Below, in pieces: positions 30,115 through 40,752 of a stretch of 64,000 nt of DNA. Positions within the stretch are counted from its first letter, which is position 1. Each line of letters starts with the position of its first letter. The DNA comes from Nitrospirota bacterium. Lineage in GTDB: Bacteria > Nitrospirota > UBA9217. The position numbers were made by a program, and so were the translations under genes. Below the pieces are notes generated by a model. That model did not search any database. It worked only from the letters and a program-made list of their open reading frames with translations, and was not told the DNA's origin. Where the stretch lies: positions 32,001 to 96,000 of the forward strand of contig CAWJQQ010000002.1 in the NCBI GenBank assembly GCA_963845065.1. Direction: 5' to 3'.

Positions 30115-31248
30115 ATGCCGCTTGTAATAGGCGTGACCAGGGAGACAGACCGCGGCGAAAAGCGGGTTGCCATCGTTCCGGATGTGGTTAAAAAGTTCAA
30201 GTCTCTGGGCGCTGATCTTTGCTTGGAGCGAGGTGCCGGCGCCGGAAGTTTCATCCTGGACAACGACTTCGGCGCAGCGGAAATTGCCTCAACAAATGCC
30301 GAGGTGTTTGCCCATTCTCAAGTAGTCTTGAAAGTTCAGCCGCCGACCCTGGAGGAGATCAGGCTGATGCAGCCAGCAACCGTTCTCATTGGTTTTCTCA
30401 ATCCTTACCAGGACAAGGAACGGGCAAAACTGCTCTGCGAGCGAAACATTACGAGCTTTGCCGTTGAGTTGATTCCGCGCATCTCGCGCGCGCAGAGCAT
30501 GGACGCCCTCTCTTCCCAGGCCACCGTTGCCGGCTACCAGTGCGCTCTCATCGCGAGCGTGATATCTCCAAAATTCTTCCCTATGATAACCTATGCTGCC
30601 GGGACCCTTCGCCCTACACGGGTCATGGTGATCGGCGCAGGTGTGGCAGGGCTGCAGGCTATCGCGACGGCTCACCGGCTCGGCGCTATTGTCGAAGCCT
30701 ATGATGTGCGTCCTGAAACAAAAGAACAAATCGAGTCTCTCGGCGCGAGGTTTGTGGACACCGGCGTGGCTGCCGTGGGGTCAGGGGGATATGCCAGGGA
30801 ATTGACGCAGGACGAGCGGACAGCTCAGAAGGAGAAGCTGGCCAAGGCGATATCGCAGGCGGACGTGCTGATTACCACAGCGGCAATACCGGGCAAAAAG
30901 AGCCCAGTCATCGTCACCGAAGACATGGTGGCACGCATGAAGAAAGGCGCAGTTATTGTAGATATGGCCGCAGATAGCGGCGGCAACGTAGCAGGCTCCC
31001 GTCCCGGGGAGACTGTGATGAAAGACGGCGTCTCCATCGTAGGCACAATCAACCTTGCCTCCCGCATGCCGGTCCACGCATCGGAAATGTATGCGCGCAA
31101 TTTGTTCAACTTCATTTCACCTTTCATCAAAGATGGCAAGCTTGCTCTTGACTGGAGTGATGAGATACTGGCAGGAAGCGTGTTTACTCATGAAGGATCG
31201 ATCCGCAACGAAGCCGTGAGAAAAATTCTGGAGGCGGCGATATCTTAA
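30115..31248 (+). CDS. pntAA: NAD(P) transhydrogenase alpha subunit, dI part
   Basis: EKRVA, RISRAQSMDALSSQ, GAGVAGLQA, GYAREL. Confidence 0.95.
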   Translation: MPLVIGVTRETDRGEKRVAIVPDVVKKFKSLGADLCLERGAGAGSFILDNDFGAAEIASTNAEVFAHSQVVLKVQPPTLEEIRLMQPATVLIGFLNPYQDKERAKLLCERNITSFAVELIPRISRAQSMDALSSQATVAGYQCALIASVISPKFFPMITYAAGTLRPTRVMVIGAGVAGLQAIATAHRLGAIVEAYDVRPETKEQIESLGARFVDTGVAAVGSGGYARELTQDERTAQKEKLAKAISQADVLITTAAIPGKKSPVIVTEDMVARMKKGAVIVDMAADSGGNVAGSRPGETVMKDGVSIVGTINLASRMPVHASEMYARNLFNFISPFIKDGKLALDWSDEILAGSVFTHEGSIRNEAVRKILEAAIS

Positions 31249-31320
31249 TTTACGTAAAATAAAAAGAAAGGTGGCGATTCACCTGCCCGCTAAGCAGGCA
31301 GTCCCCTCGCCAAAAAATCT

Positions 31321-31623
31321 ATGGAAGGTTTTGCAGCCCTCTACATATTCATGCTTGCCGCATTTACCGGCTACGAAGTAATCTCGCGAGTGCCCGTGAT
31401 CCTGCACACGCCGCTCATGTCCGGTTCGAACTTCGTGCATGGCGTCGTTTTAGTCGGCGCCATGGTCGCGCTGGGCGAAGCACGGACACCGTTCGAACAG
31501 GGCATCGGGTTCATCGCCGTGCTGCTCGGCGCGGCGAATGCTGCCGGTGGCTATGTAGTCACGGAACGCATGCTCGGCATGTTCAAGACCGGAAAAGATG
31601 GCAAACCTAGTAGGAAGAACTAA
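31321..31623 (+). CDS. pntAB: NAD(P) transhydrogenase alpha subunit, membrane part
   Basis: LHTPLMSGSN..GGYVVTERML. Confidence 0.95.
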   Translation: MEGFAALYIFMLAAFTGYEVISRVPVILHTPLMSGSNFVHGVVLVGAMVALGEARTPFEQGIGFIAVLLGAANAAGGYVVTERMLGMFKTGKDGKPSRKN

Positions 31624-31716
31624 CCAGAGAGTTCACGTTAAGACAACGGATAAAGGCCGATTGTTTCTTTTTAATCCTGAGCTCCTTCCAGATGCGCTTT
31701 TTTTGAAAGGTCATTC

Positions 31717-33096
31717 ATGAACGCAAAAATCCTGATTAACGCAAGCTACTTCATCGTAGCACTGTTATTTATTCTTGGGCTCAAAGGCATGTCGTCCCCG
31801 GTCACTGCCCGGCGAGGCATAATCTGGGCCGGTGTGGCCATGGTCCTGGCAACGCTCGTCACCTTCGGCTGGCCTGGAATGACTAATTATACGCTTATGG
31901 TGGTCGCCCTCGCTATCGGCGGTGGTTTTGCCACATGGTCGGGCAAGGTGGTCAAGATGACCGACATTCCACAGATGGTCGCCCTTTACAATGGCATGGG
32001 CGGCGGCGCTGCGGCGGCCATCTCGGCGATCGAGCTTGCTCGTGGCGAGACCCACAGCTCTATCGCAACGACCCTTGCGGTGCTCGGCGGACTGATCGGT
32101 ACAGTCTCCTTCTCGGGTTCGCTTGTTGCCTTTGCCAAACTCCAGGGCATCATGAAAAAAACCATTCACCTGCCCGCACAAAATCTGGTGAACATCATCC
32201 TGGCGGCAGCAACAATATTCTGCGGACTAGCCATCGTCATTTCGAGTCATCCTTTAATGCTCCAGATCTCCCTCTTCTTCCTGCTCGCACTCGTTCTCGG
32301 CACTGTCATAACCTTGCCCATCGGCGGCGCCGATATGCCTGTTGTGATCTCGCTGTTTAACGCACTAACTGGCCTCGCAGTAGGCTTTGAAGGTTTCGTG
32401 CTGAACAACCCGGCACTCATCATCGCCGGCATCGTGGTCGGCTCAGCGGGTACGCTTCTCACCCAACTGATGGCAAAGGCCATGAACAGGCCACTCACAA
32501 ATATATTATTCAAACCGATCACAGGAGAGGCGCAGACCGGCGGTACGGGCATCACTGGAACTATGAAAGAAGTCTCCGCCCTCGATGCCGCAGCCATGCT
32601 CCGCTATGCACAGAAGGTGATCATCGTGCCGGGCTACGGCATGGCCGTGGGCCAGGCCCAGCACAAGGTCAAAGAGATGAGCGTGCTGTTGGAAGAAGCG
32701 GGCATTACTGTCAAGTTCGCCATACACCCCGTTGCCGGCCGCATGCCCGGGCACATGAATGTGCTTCTGGCCGAGGCAGGCGTGTCCTATGACAAGATTT
32801 TTGACCTGGAGGAAATCAATGAGGAGTTCAGCCAGACCGACGTGGCGCTCGTAATCGGTGCGAATGACGTCGTGAACCCGGCAGCACGCACCGATAAGTC
32901 AAGCCCGATTTACGGCATGCCGATCCTGAATGTCGATCAGGCGCACAATGTGATCGTCATCAAGCGCGGCAAGGGCACCGGCTATTCAGGCATTGAAAAC
33001 GCGCTTTTCTATGCCGAGAACACGCGGATGCTCTACGGCAACGCGCAGCAGGTCGTAAACGACGTGATCAAGAACATTAAGGAAATGGCAGCATAA
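31717..33096 (+). CDS. pntB: NAD(P) transhydrogenase beta subunit
   Basis: IGGADMPVVIS, PGYGMAV, HPVAGRMPGHMNVLLAEA, GANDVVNP. Confidence 0.95.
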   Translation: MNAKILINASYFIVALLFILGLKGMSSPVTARRGIIWAGVAMVLATLVTFGWPGMTNYTLMVVALAIGGGFATWSGKVVKMTDIPQMVALYNGMGGGAAAAISAIELARGETHSSIATTLAVLGGLIGTVSFSGSLVAFAKLQGIMKKTIHLPAQNLVNIILAAATIFCGLAIVISSHPLMLQISLFFLLALVLGTVITLPIGGADMPVVISLFNALTGLAVGFEGFVLNNPALIIAGIVVGSAGTLLTQLMAKAMNRPLTNILFKPITGEAQTGGTGITGTMKEVSALDAAAMLRYAQKVIIVPGYGMAVGQAQHKVKEMSVLLEEAGITVKFAIHPVAGRMPGHMNVLLAEAGVSYDKIFDLEEINEEFSQTDVALVIGANDVVNPAARTDKSSPIYGMPILNVDQAHNVIVIKRGKGTGYSGIENALFYAENTRMLYGNAQQVVNDVIKNIKEMAA

Positions 33097-33393
33097 GAAA
33101 AGAGGATCTAATTACTACTGGATGATGCTGCCCTCACTGGAAGAAGTGAAGGCGAGTGGTCTGCTGTTTACAGCAGAAGCATAGGCTACCTTATGCCTGC
33201 ACGGATCGGGACCAGAGTGTTTCGGATGCAATATAAATATTTCCACGTCAAACCACAGTACCATATTGGACAGATGCTTTGAAGAACAGCGGTGAATTGA
33301 GGAGCTTGATCAAATACGCGCTTCTCACTATTTTGAGGCACGACATGGCTCAATCGGGACCCAGTTGTCCGCAGTGCCATGTTTTAAACGGCG

Positions 33394-33437
33394 CATAACC
33401 CGAAGGTCGTCAGTTCCAAATCCGGCCCCCGCTACTA
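33394..33437 (+). pseudogene. 3' fragment of initiator tRNA-Met (possible att site)
   Basis: CATAACCCGAAGGTCGTCAGTTCCAAATCCGGCCCCCGCTACTA closely resembles the fMet anticodon-to-3' segment; no D arm or 5' acceptor strand. Confidence 0.7.
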
Positions 33438-33610
33438 CCTTCCGATATCTCTTTGCACATATGTCCTTTTAACTTGACAAAAGGAGCTTTTTTCCGGATA
33501 CTATTGCAAAGTATCGAATATCCTAAATTATATAAGAACACGCGGGTTGTAAGAGAAAATCTCTGTCAACGCAGCACTATTTTATTGAAAGATGAGCGAG
33601 GAATTATCGT

Positions 33611-33780
33611 GTGATAGCGTCAGCGTTCATGTATGCCACGATTGTGTATTGCTCCTTCGCATTAAACGCTATGGCTGGTTTAGACGCCAAGAATATCGAT
33701 GCAGCTGCGGTGTATAGAAACACTGTTCAGCATGTCACCCAAATGTCACCACGTTGAAAACTAAAGACATCGTAAAATAA
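33611..33780 (+). pseudogene. Possible small cytochrome c pseudogene
   Basis: Signal-like segment ..NAMAGLDAKNIDAAAVY, then after a frameshift HCSACHPN (CxxCH at 33724-33738) and an early stop. Confidence 0.45.
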
Positions 33781-34174
33781 ATTATCCAGTCCTCTTTTGA
33801 AGAGGGCAAATTTTTTAAAAACGTTGTGAAAAGAATTGTTGATTATATTTGATACGGCGACGGGATAGGGCCAGACATATCTTATCATTAGATGTCAACA
33901 TGTATCGCAGTAGTAACAAAGTTAAATAAACGACGCCAAAGCGAGAATGGACTCTTTCATCATCAAATTTTAACTTGTATTCTGCATCTCCCATTTATCA
34001 AACGCCATCGCAACCTTATAGCTGCTTACTACAGGGATCAAAATTTCATAGAAGGGAGGAATATCGGCTGAACTTCGCATGGGTGGAATCAAGGTAGAGA
34101 ATGAGGAACGTCGCTCAAGATTCTAAGTCATGTGATATAGTAATCATCATATGTGAAAAAAGGAGAGTGCGTGT

Positions 34175-35416
34175 ATGATTCGAAACCGTCATAACCGATA
34201 TGCAACATTATTTTGTCTCGCTGTCATCGTATGTGCATCAAGTTCCATTTCCGCGAAAGGGGCCACACCACCCACGAACCGTGTACCAAAAACCTTGCAG
34301 TCCTCGCTCACAATCCAGATCAACAAAACAGAATATACAGAGGAAGACACCGTCAAGATTACCGGTACTGCGCCTCCAGGCAAACCTGTGTTTATCGAGG
34401 TTGCGTCGGAAAAGAAAGTGGAGGTCCGGCGTCTCGACAGCAAAAAGGACAAGGAGACTGGCAAGATCCCGTGGATCTTCTACACTAGTGAAGACATCCC
34501 CGCATACTATATCATACTCACTCCGAAGGACACCAAAAACAAGATCGAAGCGCTTAAACTGCAAAAAAATGACTGGAGCTATTCCGGTGCTCTTAAGGAC
34601 TTAGGTCTGGACGCGACAGGCCTGCGCCCTGCCACGGCAAGGGTCGAACGGCGCAAGACTTCTATTATCGCCGTGATCACCGGCAGTCGCGGCAACCTTA
34701 TGGAGCCCCTGGATGGAGAGGAAAATCTAAAGGCGGCGCTTCCACTTTACAAGATAAGGTTCAAATCACCTAGTAAGCTACTGAAGCCCGCGATAGACGT
34801 GAAAACCGACGGCACATTTGAAGCGGTACTCAAGCTCCCGAAGGGGGTTGCAGACGGCTTATATACCGTGACGGCCTTCACCGGAAAGGATGACAGGACG
34901 ACCGCGTCATTTGCGATCAGACTACCGGGCAGCACGTGGTACTTCAAGCGGGCGGGCATGGCCATGAACATTTTTGGGCCATTCTTCCTAGCATTAGTCG
35001 TCACCATGCTCGGCGTGCTTATGGGCGCCGGCGGCGGTTTCATCCTCACTCCGCTCTTGCTCTGGATCTACGGCCTCCCGCATGCCATCGTCGCCGGGAC
35101 CGTGCTCCCGACAGTGCTTTTCTCGCAGATCTCGGGCATCTATAACTATAATAAAATCAAGTTTATTAGCTGGAAGCTGGGTATTGTAATGGGCATGGCC
35201 ATGCTGATCGGCGGCTTCATCGGCCCGGTGCTCACTCAACTTATTTCTCTTGCTCAGTTTAAGAGCCTATTCGGCATCGCTCTCATCGTCCTTGCTGGCC
35301 TCATGTTCTGGCAGACACTTCCCGCTCAGGTCGCTAAGAACAAGCAGGAACAGGAGATCTTGAAGCACCTCAAGAAACAGGCCGAAAAGGGCGAGTGCGA
35401 TGTAAAACAATCCTAA
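34175..35416 (+). CDS. TauE/SafE (TSUP) transporter, N-terminal half, with a large periplasmic extension
   Basis: Signal peptide, ~250-aa soluble region, then GVLMGAGGGFILTP and 4 TM helices. Confidence 0.8.
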   Translation: MIRNRHNRYATLFCLAVIVCASSSISAKGATPPTNRVPKTLQSSLTIQINKTEYTEEDTVKITGTAPPGKPVFIEVASEKKVEVRRLDSKKDKETGKIPWIFYTSEDIPAYYIILTPKDTKNKIEALKLQKNDWSYSGALKDLGLDATGLRPATARVERRKTSIIAVITGSRGNLMEPLDGEENLKAALPLYKIRFKSPSKLLKPAIDVKTDGTFEAVLKLPKGVADGLYTVTAFTGKDDRTTASFAIRLPGSTWYFKRAGMAMNIFGPFFLALVVTMLGVLMGAGGGFILTPLLLWIYGLPHAIVAGTVLPTVLFSQISGIYNYNKIKFISWKLGIVMGMAMLIGGFIGPVLTQLISLAQFKSLFGIALIVLAGLMFWQTLPAQVAKNKQEQEILKHLKKQAEKGECDVKQS

Positions 35417-35429
35417 GGGGGAATATCAC

Positions 35430-35822
35430 ATGAACATCCATTTTTGCGGACAGAACATAAAGGCAAATCCAGTAATCGGCGTCATTGGCGCCTTTATCAT
35501 CGCTATCGCGTCCTCCATGTTCGGCTTCGGTGGCGGCCCCTTCATGGTGCCGCTCATGACGGTACTCATGGGCCTACCTATATACGTAGTGGTGGGTAGC
35601 TCGCTCCTTGCTATCTTGTTCAATACCCTGATGGCGACGAGTAAGAACGTTTTTTTCGATACCGTTGACTACAAGCTCTTTGCTATCATGGCGGTAGCCG
35701 CCGTCATCGGCGGATACTTGGGACCGCAGGTCGCGAAGCGCATCAGTCCCCTTTGGGTAAAGCGCATTGCGGTCATACTTCTGTTAGTGCTTGCGTCGCA
35801 GCTTATGGGTTGGTGGGGATAG
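35430..35822 (+). CDS. TauE/SafE transporter, C-terminal half
   Basis: SSMFGFGGGPFMVP..VVGSSL..GGYLGP. Confidence 0.8.
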   Translation: MNIHFCGQNIKANPVIGVIGAFIIAIASSMFGFGGGPFMVPLMTVLMGLPIYVVVGSSLLAILFNTLMATSKNVFFDTVDYKLFAIMAVAAVIGGYLGPQVAKRISPLWVKRIAVILLLVLASQLMGWWG

Positions 35823-35944
35823 CGCAATACCATATTCTGAAGGAATTGCAGGATAAAATCGGATGATAAAAAAGTACCAACGCGTTCTTTTTATACTTCC
35901 TATTCAGTCAATCCTGAACTTACTGTTTAAGAAAGAGGTGTATA

Positions 35945-36784
35945 ATGATTGATACGTTAGAGTTGCTCGATGACGTGGCATACGCCAAGGCTATGCTCGC
36001 TAAAAAGTCTTTAAGCAATGCAGACCTCGTCTTCTCACTCCGGAACCTCCTCCGTATGAAGTACTATCCTGTGGCGGTGAAGTTCTTCTTCTCTCAGAAT
36101 GAGCTCGATGCCTTCAAGAAGAACACTGAATACAAAATATCTGTGCATCCCTTCACTTTCTGCCATTATCTGGCAGCGTCGCGTCAGCGAGGCGATATCC
36201 TGCTCAGTCCGGAAAAGGGACTAGGGTGTACGAACGCAAAGTACATTTTCGGCTGGAAGGGCCTTGACGAGGGCGAGATCAAGAGCCACCTTAAATACAC
36301 AAAAGATCTGGCCCAGGCTGAGAAGTTCGTGAAGCTGAAAAAACGCCTGCCTGAGAATCTCCTGGCCTTTGCCACTGCGCCACTCCATAAGGCGCCTTAT
36401 AAACCCGACGTGATCCACGGTATGAGCGACGTCCTCCAGGCATACCACCTCGGGAATGATTGGTCTGCTGCCATGGACATCCAACCTTTTGAAATGAACA
36501 TGACCATGAACAGCTCGGCCTGCCACGGCGTCACCGCTGTCTATCTGACGGGAAAGCCGAACATTACGCCCATGTGCAGCGGCAGCTACACCGCGGGCAA
36601 GACCGAGCAGGGAGAGATTAACTGGATCTGGCCGGCCAATCAGTTTGAACCAACGGTGAGATGGATGCTCGAGCGAACCGTGCGTGACGGCGGTCCCTCA
36701 TTCCCGCGCACGGGAGAGACTTATCCGGGATTCGATATGTGCAAGCTTTGTCCATTTCTGGTATGGTCGAAACCGAAAGAGTAA
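35945..36784 (+). CDS. DUF169 family protein
   Basis: YYPVAVKF..TFCH..GC..FG..APL..PDV..SAC..C Cys pattern. Confidence 0.75.
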   Translation: MIDTLELLDDVAYAKAMLAKKSLSNADLVFSLRNLLRMKYYPVAVKFFFSQNELDAFKKNTEYKISVHPFTFCHYLAASRQRGDILLSPEKGLGCTNAKYIFGWKGLDEGEIKSHLKYTKDLAQAEKFVKLKKRLPENLLAFATAPLHKAPYKPDVIHGMSDVLQAYHLGNDWSAAMDIQPFEMNMTMNSSACHGVTAVYLTGKPNITPMCSGSYTAGKTEQGEINWIWPANQFEPTVRWMLERTVRDGGPSFPRTGETYPGFDMCKLCPFLVWSKPKE

Positions 36785-37114
36785 GGATAATATCCATACA
36801 GTGAAATGGGGAAACGGGAAAATAGTGTGTAGGTGAAAATCATTATATTTCTAACAGTCGAATATGGAATATTTAACTAGGCACGGAACCTGCCAATCAA
36901 AACAATGTGCAGAAGGCGTGCGTTTTACCTTCGTGTTCATGCGTAAGTTTCGACTGGTATTCAGCATCTCCTATGCGTTGGTCGCCTATGCATGCTTGTG
37001 TCATGCCGTGAATATCGGATGAAGAGTGGTTCGTTTTCTTACCAAACTATCCGCAGAAAGCCCCTGGTTTTAACCATGGGGATGAATGCGGGAACTTTGT
37101 TTTCCGGCAATTAG

Positions 37115-37143
37115 TAGACAAATGTACATCTATATGGTATATT
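37115..37143 (+). promoter_or_regulatory. tnpB promoter (near-leaderless)
   Basis: TAGACA-17-TATATT, 10 nt before the ATG. Confidence 0.55.
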
Positions 37144-37153
37144 TAAACAACCA

Positions 37154-38689
37154 ATGCCGAATAAACCTAAAACCCCATCTTGTATCCACGAGTTTCAACT
37201 CGTAGCGACTCCAAAGGGCAATCGAATGCTCGATGCCCGGCTCGAAGCTGGCCGTTATCTGTACAATGCCTGCCTTGGTGAAGCGATGAAGCGTCTTACT
37301 GCCATGCGGCGATCAGAAAAATGGCTCGTGGCGATCACGAAGAAGAAAAGCAAGCTTCGCATCAAGATGTTTAAGACAGCCAGAACCCAGGCTGAATATA
37401 CTGAATACCACCTTCATAACTACGTCGGTATCCTCCGCAATTCCTGCTGGATCAGTGAGCATATTGACAGCCTGACCGCCCAGAAGATAGCATCTCGAGC
37501 ATATAGCGCCGTCGCTGACTACGAGTTTGGGAAGCATGGCAAACCACGTTTCAAGCGCCATGGCTGGATGTCGTCCCTTGAAGGTAAAAACAACAAATCC
37601 GGTATTCGGTGGTGCGATGACCATGTGGAGTGGACTGGCCTTCGTCTCAACTGTGTCTTCGACAAGAAAGACAAGTTTGGTGTTCAGGCTCATGCACTTA
37701 GCCATGATGTCAAGTACGTTCGTCTGGTCAAGAAAACTATCCGCGGCAATCCCCGCTGGTTTGCCCAACTTGTGCTTAAAGGCACGGCCAAGATCAAGCG
37801 TGAGAACCAGATTGGCACCGAAACTGTCGGCCTTGATATTGGCCCGTCGACAGTTGCCATCGTTGGTGATACTGATGCGTTACTACTCGAATTCTGCCCC
37901 GAAGTCGAGATACCGTTTAAACGTATCAAGACCGTCCAGCGCAAAATGGCCAGAAGCCTTCGTGCTACCAACCCGGGCAACTACAACGGAGACAAAACCA
38001 TCAAAACGGGTAAAAAACAGTGGGTCTTTTCTGTTCAATACCGTATTCTTAAAGCTAAGCTCGCCGAACTTCAAAGAATCCTTGCTGAAACCAGAAAACG
38101 GTCTCATGGCAAGCTCGTGAACAAAGTCCTCACTCTCGGTACCGACATCAAAACCGAGAAACTGTCGTACAAAGCATTTCAGAAACTCTATGGTAAAAGT
38201 ATTTCGCGACGAGCTCCGGGGATGTTTATGTCGATGCTTCACCACAAAGCCGAAAACGCTGGCGGTAAAGTAACCGAGTTTTCTACCCGGAGCACAAAGC
38301 TTTCCCAGACATGCCATTGCGGAACAGTAGCCAAAAAATCATTGTCCCAAAGATGGCATGCCTGCAACTGCGGGGTAAGCACCCAGCGTGATCTCTATTC
38401 CGCATTCCTTGCAAAGCATGTTTCTAACGATGTCCTCGACACGCGTCAGGCTGCCAAAGCCTGGCCGGGTGCAAACCTGCTCCTGGAACGGGCGGTGTTG
38501 GGGGTGCAGCATGAAGCGGCAAAGGGTCGAATTCATCCGACCAGCTTCGGTATCAAGCAAGAGAACACCACGAACCGGAGACAGAGCTGCTCGTCCGTTA
38601 AAGGCGGATCAACGACAGTCGAGGCCGACAACGTTCGTATTGTTGCCGGAGAGCCTGTCGGTACAGCCGCTAGAACCCCCTGGCTTTAG
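37154..38689 (+). CDS. tnpB: RNA-guided endonuclease TnpB
   Basis: RuvC GLDIG / KTEKL / QRDLYSA and zinc finger CHC..CNC are all intact. Confidence 0.9.
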   Translation: MPNKPKTPSCIHEFQLVATPKGNRMLDARLEAGRYLYNACLGEAMKRLTAMRRSEKWLVAITKKKSKLRIKMFKTARTQAEYTEYHLHNYVGILRNSCWISEHIDSLTAQKIASRAYSAVADYEFGKHGKPRFKRHGWMSSLEGKNNKSGIRWCDDHVEWTGLRLNCVFDKKDKFGVQAHALSHDVKYVRLVKKTIRGNPRWFAQLVLKGTAKIKRENQIGTETVGLDIGPSTVAIVGDTDALLLEFCPEVEIPFKRIKTVQRKMARSLRATNPGNYNGDKTIKTGKKQWVFSVQYRILKAKLAELQRILAETRKRSHGKLVNKVLTLGTDIKTEKLSYKAFQKLYGKSISRRAPGMFMSMLHHKAENAGGKVTEFSTRSTKLSQTCHCGTVAKKSLSQRWHACNCGVSTQRDLYSAFLAKHVSNDVLDTRQAAKAWPGANLLLERAVLGVQHEAAKGRIHPTSFGIKQENTTNRRQSCSSVKGGSTTVEADNVRIVAGEPVGTAARTPWL

Positions 38690-38733
38690 ACATGGGGAGT
38701 GGTCAGTGAAAACTTGCTCAGACTTCAGTCCTA

Positions 38734-40752
38734 CTAGGACGCAAACACCTCCCGTATTTTTTTGAATAGTTCTGACGGGTTCAACGGTTTGGAAATGAAG
38801 TTAACACCATCCTCCATGACCCCTTTTTGGACAATGATATCTGACGTATAACCGCTTATGAAGAGCCCCTTAATATCAGGACGTATCTTTTTCATCTGCT
38901 CAAAGGTTTCCTTGCCGTTAATTTTAGGCATGATCAGATCACACAGAACAAGCTGGATCTTGTCCTTGTCCTTTCGAAACAACTTTATAGCCTCTTCACC
39001 GTCAACTGCTTCCGACACGGTATAGCCAAATTCCTCGAGCATGGCCTTGGTTACAGTCCTGACGGATTTATCATCCTCAACAAGGAGGATCGTTTCGGTG
39101 CCCGACGGAGGCATGGCAAAATCCGTAGGCGATATTTGCTTAACCGTAGACGGAGTCAGAGGAAGATATATCTTGAATGTCGTTCCCTGTCCGGGTTCAC
39201 TATTGAAATGGATCGTCCCATTATGTTTATGGATAATCCCATATACCACGGCAAGGCCAAGGCCTGTCCCCTTCCCAACTTCTTTGGTCGTGAAAAAGGG
39301 CTCGTAGATGCGGTTCTGCAGGGTTTTGTCTATGCCGCAACCGGTGTCTGAAACAGACAGAACTGCATAGGCGCCGTGTTTGATATTGCCTTGATCTGAA
39401 TCAATGATAACCTTGTCTGTCTTTACTTCCAGAGTACCGCCTTTTGGCATGGCGTCCCGCGCATTCGTGACGAGGTTCATCAGGACCTGCTCCAGCTGGC
39501 CTTTATCTGCTTCCACTATAAGATCCTCACGAGCCGGAATCACCCTGAACTCGATATCTTCTCCGATAATCCGGGTCAGAAGATTATGAAACCCGGAGAC
39601 CATCTCGTCGATATTGACCGGCTTCAGGTCGATCACCTGTTTCCTGCTGAATGCAAGCAGGCTCTTCGTCAGACCTGTAGCACGCTCCGAAGAGGCAAGG
39701 ATCTGCTCGATATGCGGCCGAAGATGATCATCGGTCTTCATCTTCATCTTTACGAGCGCAGCATATCCCACGATTGCCGACAGGATATTGTTGAAATCGT
39801 GGGCAATGCCGCCGGCTAATTCTCCAATGGCCTCCATTTTCTGTGCCTGGCGGAGTTGAGCCTCAAGCTTCTGATGCTCGGTGATGTCTATGCCGATGCT
39901 TGCCACCCCGATAACGGATTCTTCAAAATTTCGCAGTATTGAATTGTTCCACTCCACGTGTCTTTGTGCGCCATCGCGCGTCACGATCAGCTTTTCACCG
40001 TGTAGCGGCAAGGTTCCTTCCGCTATGTCTAACTTGAAGGTCGCTTTTTCCAAGCTGCGCGCTTCTGCGGGCACGAAAAAATCAAACCAATTCTTCCCGA
40101 TTACTTCATTTCGAGACCACCCGGTCTGGCGAAGGATGTAGTCGTTGCAGAACGTCAGGTTCCCCTCGACATCGAGCATTATTGCCGCTAGCTCAATGCT
40201 TTCGAGTAAATTCCGGAATTTTTTTTCTGCGGAAGAGAGCGCCTCTTCAGTCTGCGTGTGCTCGACAATCTCATCCTGGAGACGCTGGTTTGCATGACGC
40301 AGATCCTTAACCTGCTGTTCCAACGCACTACTGAGATCTTCCAACGCGCTACTGAGTTGTTTATTTTCGTGAAGTGCTTTTGATAGGCTGGGCAACGTGA
40401 TGGCTTTCGGTATGATCGGGAGTAACAGTAGCGTGGCAACGATGGAAACAAATGCTGTAATCGCTTTGACGGCCCCTTCCAACCAATATTTCGGCACATA
40501 AACGGTATACGCCGAAAATAAATGTGTCGTCCCGCAGGCAAAAATGAAAATGCCGAACAGCAGGAAAATGGGCAAAAAAGGGATATCGCGTTTTTTGTGT
40601 CTTTTGTAAATGAAGTAAAAAAGTGCAATAGCGATGGTATAATAGGCAAGCCCTATAATGAGGTCGGACATGACGTGGAGCCGTACAAGGCCGGGATCCC
40701 ATAAAAAACAAAAGCCATGGGCCATATAATCAGTCACGTCATGCACGGACAT
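38734..40752 (-). CDS. Hybrid histidine kinase: ethylene-receptor-type TM domain, PAS, HisKA, HATPase, REC
   Basis: [39 protein letters not shown]-terminal receiver domain. Confidence 0.9.
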   Translation of the reverse strand: MSVHDVTDYMAHGFCFLWDPGLVRLHVMSDLIIGLAYYTIAIALFYFIYKRHKKRDIPFLPIFLLFGIFIFACGTTHLFSAYTVYVPKYWLEGAVKAITAFVSIVATLLLLPIIPKAITLPSLSKALHENKQLSSALEDLSSALEQQVKDLRHANQRLQDEIVEHTQTEEALSSAEKKFRNLLESIELAAIMLDVEGNLTFCNDYILRQTGWSRNEVIGKNWFDFFVPAEARSLEKATFKLDIAEGTLPLHGEKLIVTRDGAQRHVEWNNSILRNFEESVIGVASIGIDITEHQKLEAQLRQAQKMEAIGELAGGIAHDFNNILSAIVGYAALVKMKMKTDDHLRPHIEQILASSERATGLTKSLLAFSRKQVIDLKPVNIDEMVSGFHNLLTRIIGEDIEFRVIPAREDLIVEADKGQLEQVLMNLVTNARDAMPKGGTLEVKTDKVIIDSDQGNIKHGAYAVLSVSDTGCGIDKTLQNRIYEPFFTTKEVGKGTGLGLAVVYGIIHKHNGTIHFNSEPGQGTTFKIYLPLTPSTVKQISPTDFAMPPSGTETILLVEDDKSVRTVTKAMLEEFGYTVSEAVDGEEAIKLFRKDKDKIQLVLCDLIMPKINGKETFEQMKKIRPDIKGLFISGYTSDIIVQKGVMEDGVNFISKPLNPSELFKKIREVFAS

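Larger units (their letters stand above)
37043..38706 (+). mobile_element. Intact IS200/IS605 tnpB-only (IS1341-type) element
   Basis: TTAC|CAAACT..AAAG-CCCCTGGTTTTAACCATGGGG left end; GAAC-CCCCTGGCTTTAGACATGGGG-AGTGGTCAG right end; boundaries defined by comparison with the 20.7-23.8 kb copy. Confidence 0.9.

Noticed and set aside
33394..33437. Functional tRNA-Met
   Set aside because: No 5' half, and the T-loop carries an insertion.
36879..36894. Sigma54-like motif upstream of the tnpB element
   Set aside because: GG-N10-GC is present but there is no cognate downstream gene, and tnpB has its own sigma70-type promoter.
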